A DNA stretch of 64,000 nt, from contig DAOMOX010000004.1 of NCBI GenBank assembly GCA_035444565.1, positions 12,000-75,999 on the forward strand, written 5' to 3'. Below are positions 30,889-42,000 of this stretch, one piece after another. Origin of the DNA: Candidatus Dojkabacteria bacterium (GTDB lineage: Bacteria; Patescibacteriota; Dojkabacteria; B142; OLB20). Each line of letters opens with the position of its first letter. Within the stretch, counting starts at the first letter, position 1. The notes beneath the pieces are model-generated. The model searched no databases. It was not told where the DNA came from and saw nothing but the letters and a program-made list of their open reading frames with translations. Both the position numbers and the translations under genes were made by a program.

Positions 30889-33800
30889 TTGATTTGTTCG
30901 ATAGGCTATAATTACACATATTATCTTAATATTTTGGATAAATTCACCGAGGAATACGCTAGATTAAACAAAGAACAAAAAGAAGCTGTTGATACAATAG
31001 AAGGGCCAGTTATGGTAATTGCAGGACCTGGAACTGGTAAAACACAAACTCTGGCACTCCGAATTGCGAATATTCTCAAAATCACTCAAGTAAATCCTTC
31101 AAATATTCTCTGTCTGACTTTCACTGATAATGGAGCGGTTGAAATGCTTTCTAGGCTAACTTCATTTATCGGAACCGATGCATACAAAGTCAAAATAAGC
31201 ACTTTCCATTCTTTCTGTGAATTTGTAATGCAAAGCAATTTAGAGAAATTTCCACAGCTTGTCGATAATTCACAAAGTATAGACGAGACAGACAAAATTA
31301 AAATTATTCTAGAAATTTTGTCTAAATTATCTGTAAATGATCCTCTTCGCAACATAAAAAATGAAGGTCTTTATGCAAAGGACATTATTCAAAGTATATC
31401 TAAATTAAAAAAAGAAGGTATATCTGTTGAAGACCTCAGAATAATTATAGATAAAGAGAAAACATATTTTGAAAAAACCAGTGAATACTACGAAGAATTT
31501 TTAAAACTAAGATCAAACACTATAAAAACTGAAGATGTTGAGAAATTGAGGATTAATCTTTTGGATAAAGCAGATAAGAATAATATCTACACTAAAGGTG
31601 TCATCGAGATATTAGAGGAATATACAATTGAAGATAGGAATCAAATTAAGGCTGGAATCAAGAAAATCTATACTCGACTTAGTAGTGCAAATTATTTCGA
31701 AAAACTGGAGTCACTTTTAGGTATTTTTGAGAAGTACCAAAATGCACTTCTTGAGAAGAATCAATACGATTATGAAGATATGATAATGTTTGTATTGGAG
31801 AAGCTTACTCAGGACGAGGAACTTCTGGTATCGCTTCAAGAGCAGTTTCAATATATTCTAGTGGATGAATACCAAGATACAAATTCGGCTCAGAATGAAT
31901 TGATATATCTTTTGAGTTCGTATTTTGAAAGTCCAAACCTATTCGTGGTGGGAGATGATGATCAATCAATCTTCAAATTTCAAGGGGCGTCATTAGAAAA
32001 TATCCTTCAATTTACTAAACGTTTTTCGAATGCAAAAATCGTAACACTTCGGAATAACTATCGAAGTCAGCCAAACGTGCTTAAGGCTTCAAGAGATATA
32101 ATCACACAATCAGAAAATCGACTTGAAGATGAGTTCGAAGGAGTGAATAAAGATTTGGTGCCGATGTCCAAACTCCAGGAAAATAAAATAGAACTTAAAA
32201 TCTACCCAAGTTTTGAAGTTGAAGCAGAATACATAGCACAATCTATCAAAGAACTACTCAAGGAAAACAATCCAAGCGATATCGCTGTAATTATGAGTAC
32301 GAACCGACAGATGGATTTGTACGCAGAGACACTTACTAGACACAAAATCCCTCACTCTGTTTCGAAAACAGGAAATCTTCTTAATTCCGAACACATCAAT
32401 AACTTCCTTTTGATATTGGAATACGTTGACAATCCTATGGATGACCAGATATTAGCCAGAATCTTGTATATGCCATATTGGGGATTTGATAATTTGGATT
32501 TGTATAAACTTTTCAGACATTGTTCGCAAAACAAAAAAGATTACGTGAAATGTATTTTGAGTGAATATGAGCTAACCGAGTCTGGAGTCCAAGATCACCA
32601 GAAATTTATCGAATTTGGAAACTTATTGTCAGATTTTCAGAACAAATACCAAAATCTACATCCTGCACAACTAATCCCAATTCTACTCGAAGAAACTGGT
32701 GTCTTGAAGTACCTTTTGGACAAGACTGAGAATTATCAGGAATTAGTAAAATTCAATAATCTTTATACATTCCTCAAAAATCACATCAAATTGGACAAGA
32801 ATTTCAATATTAAAAATTATTTAGAAAACATTCAAATAGCTAGAGATTACAATATTGAATTGATGTCGGAAAAAAACTTAATTGATGACTCAAGAGTTAG
32901 TGTTTTAACTGTTTATAAAGCGAAGGGCTTAGAGTTTAAGCACGTATTCATCCCCACATTAACTGAGGGGGAATGGGAGAAAAAACGTGGTGCAGAAAAG
33001 ATTAAATTACCTCGGAGTATTAACAAAGAGGATTATTCGACGAACGATCTTGATGAGAAAATCAGAGTATTTTTTGTTGCTATAACAAGAGCTAAAGAGA
33101 ATATTTATCTTTCATATCCAAATTATTCCGAATCTGGCAAAGAAAATCGTCCAAGTATGTTTACAAGTTCTATCAACGAAGAACTGATTGAAAAAGTCGA
33201 AGTGAAAATTGACGAAGAGTTACATAAAAAACTGATTCTATCGAATTTAACTACTTCCGAGAAACCATTTACGTCTACGGGTGCAGATTATCTAAAAGTT
33301 TTCTTGGATAACTTTGTATTAAGTCCTACCTCGTTCAATAGCTATAGAAAATGCCCACATTGTTTCTTCATTAATACAATTCTTCGACTCCCTGAGGCAA
33401 TGAGTACAAATCTGGCTTACGGTAATGCGATACATAACACATTGAAAAATTATCTTAGCAAATACAAAAGAACTAAGAATATTCCTACCTTGGAGTTTCT
33501 GAGGGATGATTTTAAAGCTTCTCTCCACAAACAATTTCTTACCGAAGGAGACATTGAGGATTTATTCACCCTGGGAATTAAAAACCTAGAAGAGTTTTAC
33601 GAGAATGAATTAATAAAAATTAAAGAAACATCTCTTCCAGAAATGAATTTCAGGACTTACAAAATCAGGGTGGGAGATGTACCTGTGAAAGGTATGATTG
33701 ATAGAATTGACTTTGTTGATGAACTTGGAGGTGTAGTTGATGTGATTGATTACAAAACTGGGAGAGCAGGTACCGATAATGTTAGTGTAAAAAACCGTGG

Positions 33801-34077
33801 CGACTATTATGTGCAGTTATTGTTTTATAAATTGCTTATACAAAACTTCCCTAAATATAATTGGAAGGTGAATTCTGGAAAAATCGTATATGTTGACCTT
33901 GATAATACTAATAAATCACAAGATGAGAAGGTTTTTGATTTGCCAGACGAAGATATCGAATGGTTGAAATTAGAAATCAAGAATGTCTATGATTCGATAA
34001 TGAATTTAGAATTCTCTAGGAAAAATACTAAAAATTGTTATAATCAGGAGCTCCATAATATAAATTTTGTTTTTTAA
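30889..34077 (+). CDS. UvrD/PcrA-like SF1 helicase fused to a C-terminal PD-(D/E)XK nuclease (AdnA/AdnB-like)
   Basis: AGPGTGKT, VDEYQDTN, VGDDDQSIF, NYRS, KAKGLEF, VAITRAK; C-terminal GMIDRID...VIDYKTG...QL..Y; start may be TTG at 30934. Confidence 0.92.
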   Translation: MICSIGYNYTYYLNILDKFTEEYARLNKEQKEAVDTIEGPVMVIAGPGTGKTQTLALRIANILKITQVNPSNILCLTFTDNGAVEMLSRLTSFIGTDAYKVKISTFHSFCEFVMQSNLEKFPQLVDNSQSIDETDKIKIILEILSKLSVNDPLRNIKNEGLYAKDIIQSISKLKKEGISVEDLRIIIDKEKTYFEKTSEYYEEFLKLRSNTIKTEDVEKLRINLLDKADKNNIYTKGVIEILEEYTIEDRNQIKAGIKKIYTRLSSANYFEKLESLLGIFEKYQNALLEKNQYDYEDMIMFVLEKLTQDEELLVSLQEQFQYILVDEYQDTNSAQNELIYLLSSYFESPNLFVVGDDDQSIFKFQGASLENILQFTKRFSNAKIVTLRNNYRSQPNVLKASRDIITQSENRLEDEFEGVNKDLVPMSKLQENKIELKIYPSFEVEAEYIAQSIKELLKENNPSDIAVIMSTNRQMDLYAETLTRHKIPHSVSKTGNLLNSEHINNFLLILEYVDNPMDDQILARILYMPYWGFDNLDLYKLFRHCSQNKKDYVKCILSEYELTESGVQDHQKFIEFGNLLSDFQNKYQNLHPAQLIPILLEETGVLKYLLDKTENYQELVKFNNLYTFLKNHIKLDKNFNIKNYLENIQIARDYNIELMSEKNLIDDSRVSVLTVYKAKGLEFKHVFIPTLTEGEWEKKRGAEKIKLPRSINKEDYSTNDLDEKIRVFFVAITRAKENIYLSYPNYSESGKENRPSMFTSSINEELIEKVEVKIDEELHKKLILSNLTTSEKPFTSTGADYLKVFLDNFVLSPTSFNSYRKCPHCFFINTILRLPEAMSTNLAYGNAIHNTLKNYLSKYKRTKNIPTLEFLRDDFKASLHKQFLTEGDIEDLFTLGIKNLEEFYENELIKIKETSLPEMNFRTYKIRVGDVPVKGMIDRIDFVDELGGVVDVIDYKTGRAGTDNVSVKNRGDYYVQLLFYKLLIQNFPKYNWKVNSGKIVYVDLDNTNKSQDEKVFDLPDEDIEWLKLEIKNVYDSIMNLEFSRKNTKNCYNQELHNINFVF

Positions 34078-34078
34078 T

Positions 34079-34495
34079 ATGAAAAAAGATCAGGTTCTTG
34101 TACAGTTCGATTTCGATGAAAACTACGCGACAGTAGTAGATTTGATATGTTTCAATCTGGGAATTGATAGTGGTAAATATTTCCGAAATAACGCTGATGC
34201 TGAAAAGTATTTGATGATAATGAGTCGTGAGAAAAGCTATCCTGACATTGCTTTGATATCTAGTTATCTTGGGAAAGGAAGCCAGGATGGTAGAAATTTA
34301 GCTGAAAAACTACGGCAAGTTAGTCCGAATACAAAAATTATCGCCTACACTGCTGACGATGAAGCAGATTGGGGAGATTACTTAGCAATTAAATCCTCTG
34401 ATGGTCAAGAGCATTCGTTAATTGCAATTTTATCGAAATTGACAGGGAAGGAATTTAATTTTGATAACTCGAAAAATTCTAATCAGGAGAGTTGA
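34079..34495 (+). CDS. atypical single-domain response regulator receiver (phosphoacceptor Asp replaced by Ser)
   Basis: PDIALISSYL...DGRNLAEKLR..SPNTKIIAYT pattern of the CheY-like fold. Confidence 0.65.
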   Translation: MKKDQVLVQFDFDENYATVVDLICFNLGIDSGKYFRNNADAEKYLMIMSREKSYPDIALISSYLGKGSQDGRNLAEKLRQVSPNTKIIAYTADDEADWGDYLAIKSSDGQEHSLIAILSKLTGKEFNFDNSKNSNQES

Positions 34496-34519
34496 ATTAG
34501 CTTTTGAACGCAAAACATC

Positions 34520-34771
34520 TCAAACAGGCCAGTGGCTAACTAAAATTGTAGGATTAAAAAACGCCATTTTCCCAGATGCGATCAATAAAGCACCTGTAAG
34601 TGTTTGTTTATCAACTTCAACAACTATTTCTTCGTTTTTTCTGATAGCCTGTGGTTCAACACTCGAAGCTATTAAAGACTTACCATGCCTTACGTATGCA
34701 AAAGCTCTTTCATTCATTGTTAGATCTGTATTCAAAGGCGCATTTGCTAATATTGAAATCTCTGGCTCCAT
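34520..34771 (-). CDS. hypothetical protein
   Basis: 83-aa ORF with ATG start filling the gap; no recognised motif. Confidence 0.4.
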   Translation of the reverse strand: MEPEISILANAPLNTDLTMNERAFAYVRHGKSLIASSVEPQAIRKNEEIVVEVDKQTLTGALLIASGKMAFFNPTILVSHWPV

Positions 34772-34916
34772 ATTTTTCAGAATTTAAGTTTAAATAATTG
34801 ATAACTCCCATAAAAAGAAACAAGATGATAATATCACGGAACAGCCCTCGAGTCAATGTGTTTGGAATAATATGGTAAAGTTTATATTATCAAACTAACT
34901 CGATTAATTAATTAGC

Positions 34917-34956
34917 AAATAAAAAAATATCTCTGGATTATCCAGAGGATTTCTTT
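34917..34956. terminator. possible intrinsic terminator, perhaps bidirectional
   Basis: CTCTGGA-TTA-TCCAGAG hairpin (34931-34947) with an A-tract on the left and a T-rich tract on the right. Confidence 0.4.
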
Positions 34957-35029
34957 ACTATAATAGACGAACCCGAATTGTGTTGATCTTGAAAGAGTTA
35001 TCGGTGATAACTCGAATAGTAAAAACGCT

Positions 35030-35147
35030 ATTTTTCCCTCGGAAGAGGGGATTTCTCGCATTCATTTACCAAACGGTATTTCATTGGAAACCACCACCTA
35101 GAGATCCGTCCCGCCATGTGTTTGAGGCGGGATCAGTCAGGGAAATT
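35030..35147. repeat. REP-like composite palindromic element, copy A, with a nested hairpin
   Basis: TTTTCCCTC-GGAA-GAGGGGATTTCTC...TAGAGATCC[GTCCCGCC-N10-GGCGG]GATCAGTCAGGGAAATT; homologous to 38883-38978. Confidence 0.7.
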
Positions 35148-36405
35148 ATATAACCAATAACGGTATTTCCATCTCGTCCAAACTCATCCCTCCATGAGTC
35201 CCTTTATTATTGTGGAGAGGTAAAAGCGGGTGGTCCCAGAATACAGTTGTATCAGGGTCGGTTATTATCATTAAATCACCAATATGCTCTATGAACTTTT
35301 GGCTGGGTTTGGTATTCCCATAAAAACCACTTTCTATTGCTTCTACTTTGGTGAGTACCAACGCATGATATCCGAGTAACTGTTTAATTTTTTCTTTAGC
35401 AATTTCAACGAATTCTGCTTTTAAATATAAATAGTAGTGTCTAATCGAGCCATCACTAATTAGTTTAACTCCATCAGCATTCGTTCTAACCCAATCTTCG
35501 AGTTCTGGGATTTCCCTATTTAGCATAATTGTCTTTTTCATATCAAACTGTGTATGACCGTGATCGGCTGTAATCAATATCAAAGTGTCCTCCGGGGTAT
35601 TTTTTACTAGATTCTCGTAAATTTCATTCAAAGTTTTATCGGTTAAATGTGCAATTTCTTCAGAGTGAGGACCAAAAACATGTGAATTTTTATCTATGTC
35701 ATCGAAATAGACATAAAAGTAGTTTTTACCTTCGGATTGCTGAATTCTTTTATTAACATATTGTAATCCCTCTATAAAATTTTGATATCCAAATATATTT
35801 CTAATGTTTGAAATCTTTTTATTGTAATTGCTTTTCGCGTAGGTGTTTAAAATTACAAGATGAGACTCTATGTCTGACTCGTGAAGTCTTTCATAAAAAT
35901 TTCCTTTGTTTAAAATAAAATCGAAATCTTCAGAATTCAAAGTTCCTTTGTATTGATAAGGTTCTATGTAGACATAAGGAAGTGGCCTAACCAGTGCGTC
36001 AAGCTCTGGTACAAAATAACTCCAACCTATTACCCCTGTATCTAGCGAAGTCAGACCAGTATTCATGCAGGTGACACAATTTGCGGTAGTAGATGGAAAA
36101 ATTGCTGTCAGTTTGGATATTATTCCCTTTTGATCTATATGTTTCAATGTTGGGTGAGTGTTTATATTATCTTCAATCAAGTTCCATCCCATCGCATCTA
36201 CTAAAATTACCACCACATTTGTATATTTTGAGAGCTCTTTAGGAAGCGTGTCCGAAGGTAATATTATTTGATTGCTTTTACCGGTAAGGATTTTTTCAAC
36301 TGTTGCCGGAATATTTCCAAAACAATATGAATCGTAGAGAGGTTTCCGAAATCCTTCTCTTACCAAACTCGAATCTACTGCTGTTATTGATTTTTGATTT
36401 ACCAT
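35146..36405 (-). CDS. alkaline phosphatase superfamily / type I phosphodiesterase-nucleotide pyrophosphatase protein
   Basis: VILVDAMG, FPSTT nucleophile, D...H..GP, TADHGH, HGG....M.IP. Confidence 0.88.
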   Translation of the reverse strand: MVNQKSITAVDSSLVREGFRKPLYDSYCFGNIPATVEKILTGKSNQIILPSDTLPKELSKYTNVVVILVDAMGWNLIEDNINTHPTLKHIDQKGIISKLTAIFPSTTANCVTCMNTGLTSLDTGVIGWSYFVPELDALVRPLPYVYIEPYQYKGTLNSEDFDFILNKGNFYERLHESDIESHLVILNTYAKSNYNKKISNIRNIFGYQNFIEGLQYVNKRIQQSEGKNYFYVYFDDIDKNSHVFGPHSEEIAHLTDKTLNEIYENLVKNTPEDTLILITADHGHTQFDMKKTIMLNREIPELEDWVRTNADGVKLISDGSIRHYYLYLKAEFVEIAKEKIKQLLGYHALVLTKVEAIESGFYGNTKPSQKFIEHIGDLMIITDPDTTVFWDHPLLPLHNNKGTHGGMSLDEMEIPLLVI

Positions 36406-36539
36406 TATTAAGTAAAACAGATTTGATTATATAGCGAAAAATTGAAAGAAGATAGTTATTCTATTTGTAGAAAATTAAATTACGTATCTTTGATTAATAT
36501 TTAATTTACGTTCATAATAGAAATAATAAATATTGTTAT

Positions 36540-37340
36540 ATGGCAATTTCTGTTTCTATACCTAATACACCTAAGACTAAAAAGGAGAATATTATTGCGA
36601 CTTATAATTTGCATAAATATTTCTATACAGGTGTTGGCGAAACCCAAGTTCTGCATGGAATAGATTTGGAAATTAAAAGAGGTGAATTTATCATCATATT
36701 TGGACCATCTGGCTCAGGTAAATCTACCCTTCTCCATTCAATGATTGGACTAGAAAGTCCTACCAAAGGTAGAGTTGAGTTATTTAATCAGGATCTTTAT
36801 GCTCAAAATGAAGACGAAAGATCAATGACTAGATTGGAGAAAATTGGAATTATGTACCAACAACCAATATGGGTAAAAGCAATGAATGTAGCTCATAATG
36901 TAGCCTTACCATTAAATTTGCTAGGTACTCCACATAGAGAAGCTATGAAAATTGCCGAGGAAAAATTGAAAAGCTATGCTATGGATAAGTGGGCTAAATA
37001 TAAACCAACTGAGTTATCCTCTGGACAACAGCAAAAGATTTCATTGATACGTGCTTTAATTACAGAGCCGGAGATACTAATCGCTGACGAGCCTACTGGT
37101 AATCTTGATATAGATTCGAGCAAGAGATTAGTTGAAGGTTTGAAAGAACTTAATATTATCGGTAGGACCGTGATAGTAGTCACACACGATTTACAATATC
37201 TATCCTACGCAGATAGAACTTTCTATATTAAAGATGGTAACCTAGCTGGAATTTATATGCAGGATGAGACAAAAGAACTGATAGACGATGTTCTAAACAA
37301 AGGTAAATCAATATTTAAATTAGAAAAAACTGCTAAATGA
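36540..37340 (+). CDS. ABC transporter ATP-binding protein (LolD/MacB-like)
   Basis: GPSGSGKST, variant signature LSSGQQQK, ADEPTGNLD, VTHD. Confidence 0.93.
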   Translation: MAISVSIPNTPKTKKENIIATYNLHKYFYTGVGETQVLHGIDLEIKRGEFIIIFGPSGSGKSTLLHSMIGLESPTKGRVELFNQDLYAQNEDERSMTRLEKIGIMYQQPIWVKAMNVAHNVALPLNLLGTPHREAMKIAEEKLKSYAMDKWAKYKPTELSSGQQQKISLIRALITEPEILIADEPTGNLDIDSSKRLVEGLKELNIIGRTVIVVTHDLQYLSYADRTFYIKDGNLAGIYMQDETKELIDDVLNKGKSIFKLEKTAK

Positions 37341-38863
37341 ATTTAGAAGAATTAAAATCAAGATTTGGTCCAATATTTGAAACGCTATTTAGCTCTGTCT
37401 TTATAGAGATTACTATCATCTTAATAGTGATTATGTTGGTAGTGATAAATATTCAGAGGTTTAGACGATATAGGATTAAAGTCTCTTTAATTGATCTACT
37501 CTACATTGCTGGTGTTAACCTAATGGTTCGTAGAACAAGAACAATAGTAACTATAGTGGGTATGTCGATAGGTATAGCTTCGATTGTATTTCTAGTTTCT
37601 ATCGGCTATGGGATGCAGGACTTGGTGATTTCAGAAGCAACCAGGCTGGAAGAGTTGAAACAAGTGCAAGTATCAACCCAAGCTGGAAGCAAATTAAGAT
37701 TGAACGATACGGTTTTAGCTGATTTAAAGAAGATCCCTAATGTCCAAAAGACTCTGCCGGTAGTTGCTATAGTCGGTGACATGTCTTACAAACAATCAAA
37801 TGCCGCTATTCCGGTTTATGGGGTGACAACAGATTATCTCAAAGAATCAGCAATCCAACCTGTTTATGGAGAACTCTTTGAAAGTAATGAGACTTATTAC
37901 GAAGTTAAACAAGCTGAGAATTTAACAGAAGTGAATGAAACAAAGAATACAGAAAGTGCAAACTTACTGGAAAATCCAGTAGAAGTTTCCGAAGGTGAGG
38001 AGTTTATCGAACTTGATACAGAAAATACAGATGGAGAGAAAATTGACGTTGATGAAATAAATTTGCCAAATACTGCTTTAAAAGAAATCGTTATGAATAG
38101 ATCCGCAATCGAGATTATTGGATTGCCTTTTGATGACGCTGTCGGAGAAAACGTAAGTCTTGCTTTTACTGTCACAAACCAACATCTCAATAGAGAAGGA
38201 ATAAAAGTTGTTTCATTACCAGAAAATTTCACTATTGTAGGAGTACTCTCTGATAACTCGGAACCAGCAATCTACACGCCTTTCTTTAATTTGAGAACAT
38301 TAGGAGTTGTGAATTTTACAGAAGTCCGAATAATCACCGATGATCAAAATAATGTGCAAAGAATTAGAGAACAAGTTGAAGCGCAAGGTTATCTCACTAC
38401 ATCCGTTCAGGATACAGTTGCAGAAATTGAACAATTGTTTAGTAGCGTGAGGATTGGGTTAGGACTAATTGGAGCATTTGGTTTAGCTATCGCTTCACTC
38501 GGAATGTTTAACACATTGACAGTTTCTCTTCTTGAGCGAACAAAAGAAATCGGTCTGATGAAGACTATAGGTATGAAATCTGCGGAAGTTCGTCTATTAT
38601 TCCTTATTGAGTCATTGTTAATGGGTTTCCTAGGAGGTGTGTCGGGCTTGATGTTGGGTTACTTAGGAGGGAAATTAATCAGTTTGATATTAACCTCATA
38701 TTCTATTAGTAAAGGTGGTAATGCTATAAGCGTGAGCAGTATTCCTTTCACATTCGTCTTCTTGGTAATTGCATTATCTATCATGGTGGGATATTTGACA
38801 GGATTATTCCCCGCTAGAAGAGCTACAAAAATTTCTGCACTAAATGCTCTTCGTTACGAATAA
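37337..38863 (+). CDS. MacB/FtsX-type ABC transporter permease
   Basis: RTRTIVTIVGMSIG, large extracellular domain, NTLTVSLLERTKEIGLMKTIG, PARRA....ALRYE; one extra N-terminal TM. Confidence 0.92.
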   Translation: MNLEELKSRFGPIFETLFSSVFIEITIILIVIMLVVINIQRFRRYRIKVSLIDLLYIAGVNLMVRRTRTIVTIVGMSIGIASIVFLVSIGYGMQDLVISEATRLEELKQVQVSTQAGSKLRLNDTVLADLKKIPNVQKTLPVVAIVGDMSYKQSNAAIPVYGVTTDYLKESAIQPVYGELFESNETYYEVKQAENLTEVNETKNTESANLLENPVEVSEGEEFIELDTENTDGEKIDVDEINLPNTALKEIVMNRSAIEIIGLPFDDAVGENVSLAFTVTNQHLNREGIKVVSLPENFTIVGVLSDNSEPAIYTPFFNLRTLGVVNFTEVRIITDDQNNVQRIREQVEAQGYLTTSVQDTVAEIEQLFSSVRIGLGLIGAFGLAIASLGMFNTLTVSLLERTKEIGLMKTIGMKSAEVRLLFLIESLLMGFLGGVSGLMLGYLGGKLISLILTSYSISKGGNAISVSSIPFTFVFLVIALSIMVGYLTGLFPARRATKISALNALRYE

Positions 38864-38882
38864 ACTTCTACGAAAAAAGTTC

Positions 38883-38978
38883 ATTTTCCTTCGAAAGAAG
38901 GAATCTCTCCCGAATGTATTCTCAAGTAAATTCCATAAAAATCATATAATAGAGATCCCTGATCAAGTCAGGGAAATT
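38883..38978. repeat. REP-like composite palindromic element, copy B
   Basis: TTCCTTC-GAAA-GAAGGAATCTCT...AGAGATCCCTGA-TCAAG-TCAGGGAAATT; same orientation as copy A. Confidence 0.7.
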
Positions 38979-39044
38979 TTTAGTTGAATTGATTTGAAAT
39001 GTTTCTCAAAAAAAGTTAAATTATATAAACCAATTTCACTAATA

Positions 39045-42000
39045 ATGCGCGTTTCGCGTCCTAATAAAAGCTTGCAGAGAATGCATCGAGACTATTCTCG
39101 TATATTTCGTATACGGAAGAATTTCATACGCAAAAAACTTAAACAAATCTCCAAATTTTTGTTCTTCAAGAAGATAACATTAGCTAGGTGGCAGTTGAAT
39201 ACTTTTACTGTCATGATGCTATCTCTTGGATTTGTCCTTGGCACCTATGCGATGGTTATGGAATTAGTCCCGATTCTGAGGGCTCTCGATGAAACTAGTT
39301 ATACTTTAGTTCAAGGAGGAGATGGTGAATTAACTTCTGGTAGTGGAACTGACGTTGTGATTTCAGCTTCCGCAGTGTCTTTGGGAAAAGACGATAACTG
39401 GTTTGATATGGGCTGGAACCTGAAGAGACAGTTGACTATCAAAAATCTATCAGCAATCACACTTCCTTCAAATACTCCTATTCAATTAACATTAAACACA
39501 AAGGAATTATTTGATGCTTCTAATATTCAGAATGACTGTGATGATCTTAGAGTTATTTATTCTACTGGGGTGGGCAACCATACAGAACTAGCTAGAAGCT
39601 ACTATAAAGCAAGTGGTGCCACGGATTGTTCTGATTCTACTGCGACTGTAGTCACATTCCCAATTCAAGCGGAGCTGACTGCTGGTGCAACAAGCAGCAA
39701 TTACTATTTATACTATAAAAATTCAGGTGCGACTAACCCTGGTTTTGGTGATAATGGCTATAACATAGGCGACGCTGAGGCAACCATGGTCTGTCCGTTT
39801 AATGGTTCGACGACTTGTGTGGATGGTGAGACACCAAGCACTGCAACTGGAGCTTTAAGATTTTCGGGAGGGAGTGCGATTGAAACAGATGGTGCTTGGG
39901 ATAATCCTGATAAAATCACTGGACCGACATTGCCTTCAGTTTCGCAATACACAATAGAGTTCTTTGTCAAAAATAATGGTAACTTTAATTCGTATGCAGG
40001 AATTTACGGAGGGTGGGGTGGTTTTGACGCAAATGATATAAATACTGGAGGCAGTGTAAATGGAATGTTGTTAAATCCTGGTTCGCTAGGTCTGATAGGA
40101 TTAACAGTAAATCACTCTAGTGGTCAATGGGTTCATTTAGCATTCGTTTATGATGGAGTAAATTATTCTGTTTATGAGAATGGTAATAGGATTTACTATA
40201 CACCAAAGACCTTCAGTATTTCAGCCCAAGGGTTCTATCTGGGTGCTAGGAATAGCTACCGAGGATTCAAGGGTCTATACGATGAATTTAGAATTTCCAA
40301 TATTGCAAGGTATTCAGGGAGTTTTACAACCCCAACATCTAACTTCACTGCCGATGCAAATACTTTAGTTTTGTATCATTTTGATGAAAATGGAGATGAT
40401 TTACGAAATACAGGTAAAGCTTATGATTCGAGTGGAAATGGATATCATGGAACAATCTCAGGAGCGAAATACACTTCAAACACCCTCGGTATTTATCAGG
40501 GTACAGCTACTCCTATAAAGACACAAAATATTTTTACTCACGAAGGGGTTCTGTTGGAAGAAGGGGCTACCAATCTAATTACAAATCCGAGTTTTGAAAA
40601 TACAACTTACAACCTAAATTGGGGTAATAGTTTCTTCAATTACAACAACACCTTGGATACCTTTACTGCTTCTATAACTAAAAGAAATAGTGCTGGTCCA
40701 TTTACGTCTGGTGTGATACTACAAGATGATTACGGAGATACCAGTAGTTTGACTTCTGATCAGTTGTCTTTTTCACACGGAACAACTTTGTGGGGAGATT
40801 TTTCAAATAGTAGTGATGATGACCAAGGGACATTAGTTTTCTGGTGGACTCCTGAATATAGTTCTTCCACGATGAATACTGGAAGTACTATGTTTATGGA
40901 AATGCGTTCTTCAAGTAATTTTACATATAACTGGGTAGATGATAAATTTTACCTTGGGGGTTCTCCAATTGGCACTTATGATTTTTCCGCAGGACAGACA
41001 TATTTAGTCGTCTTACGTTGGGATAAAGATAATAATATAATTGCAAATACTGCAAATCTTTCAATAGACAATGTAAGCATAGGAGATGCATCATCATCTG
41101 GACATGTTTGGGAAGATGATTGGGGCTCAACTAATTTATGGGCATTTGATGGTGTAGTCGAAGGTATGACAGTTTACCGAAGACCACTTTTCGATGGATT
41201 GTATGGTATTGACATGGGAACCGGAGATGAAATTGAACAGATTTATAATGCTGGTGCAGGTAAAGATCCTACTTTGATAACAGGAAGTTGGGACGTAGTT
41301 TTTGCAATGCCAACTAACTCTGATAACGGTGTTATTACAACTGGGACAGGGAATGCATGGAGTCATCCACATCAATTAAACCTCCTATATACAAATTCAA
41401 CTAATACGGGTGGTTATATGTTAAATGGTGATTATAGTATTGATAATTGGACTGGTATTGCTAGTCCTCAATCAATCAGTGCATTAAGCACTGTTGAAAA
41501 AATTTATTCTGGTGGTTATAAGATAGAATCAAATTTAATAAATCAAGGTATTTCAAGAAGCTTTGCAGCATCAAGCGGAGGCGATTATGTAATTAGGGCG
41601 ATTGGAAATTCAGATGGAACCTGTACTCCAGTTGTTAAAATTTTACGAGCTGATGGAATTACGGAGATTACAAGTAAGGTGGGAACATCTCTATCAACAA
41701 AAAGCTCGCCAGAAGTATATATCTTCACTTGGGAATCTCCAGCGCTTGAAGATAATATTATCCAACTTCTGAATACCAACAGTAGTGGTATTTGTTATTG
41801 GCATCAAGCTGAGGTTTATAATAACTTGTTTAATAATCCTTCTTTAGAATCTGGAGCAGGCGACCCATGGATACCTACCAGTTGGTGGAATGCAAACATT
41901 CCTGTCGGGGGGACTCAGCAAGAAACAACTATAGTGCACAGCGGTCAATCATCAATTAAACACAACCTAAACTCACTAAACACTTCAATAGGAACAAATC

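Noticed and set aside
30889-34077. Cas4/Cas3-like or defence helicase-nuclease
   Set aside because: SF1 UvrD motifs plus a RecB-type nuclease in a housekeeping context; the C-terminal Fe-S cysteine cluster is incomplete; no cas or defence neighbours
34461-34787. 108-aa ORF on the plus strand
   Set aside because: TTG start inside the upstream gene and antisense to the ATG-started 83-aa ORF; likely a shadow ORF
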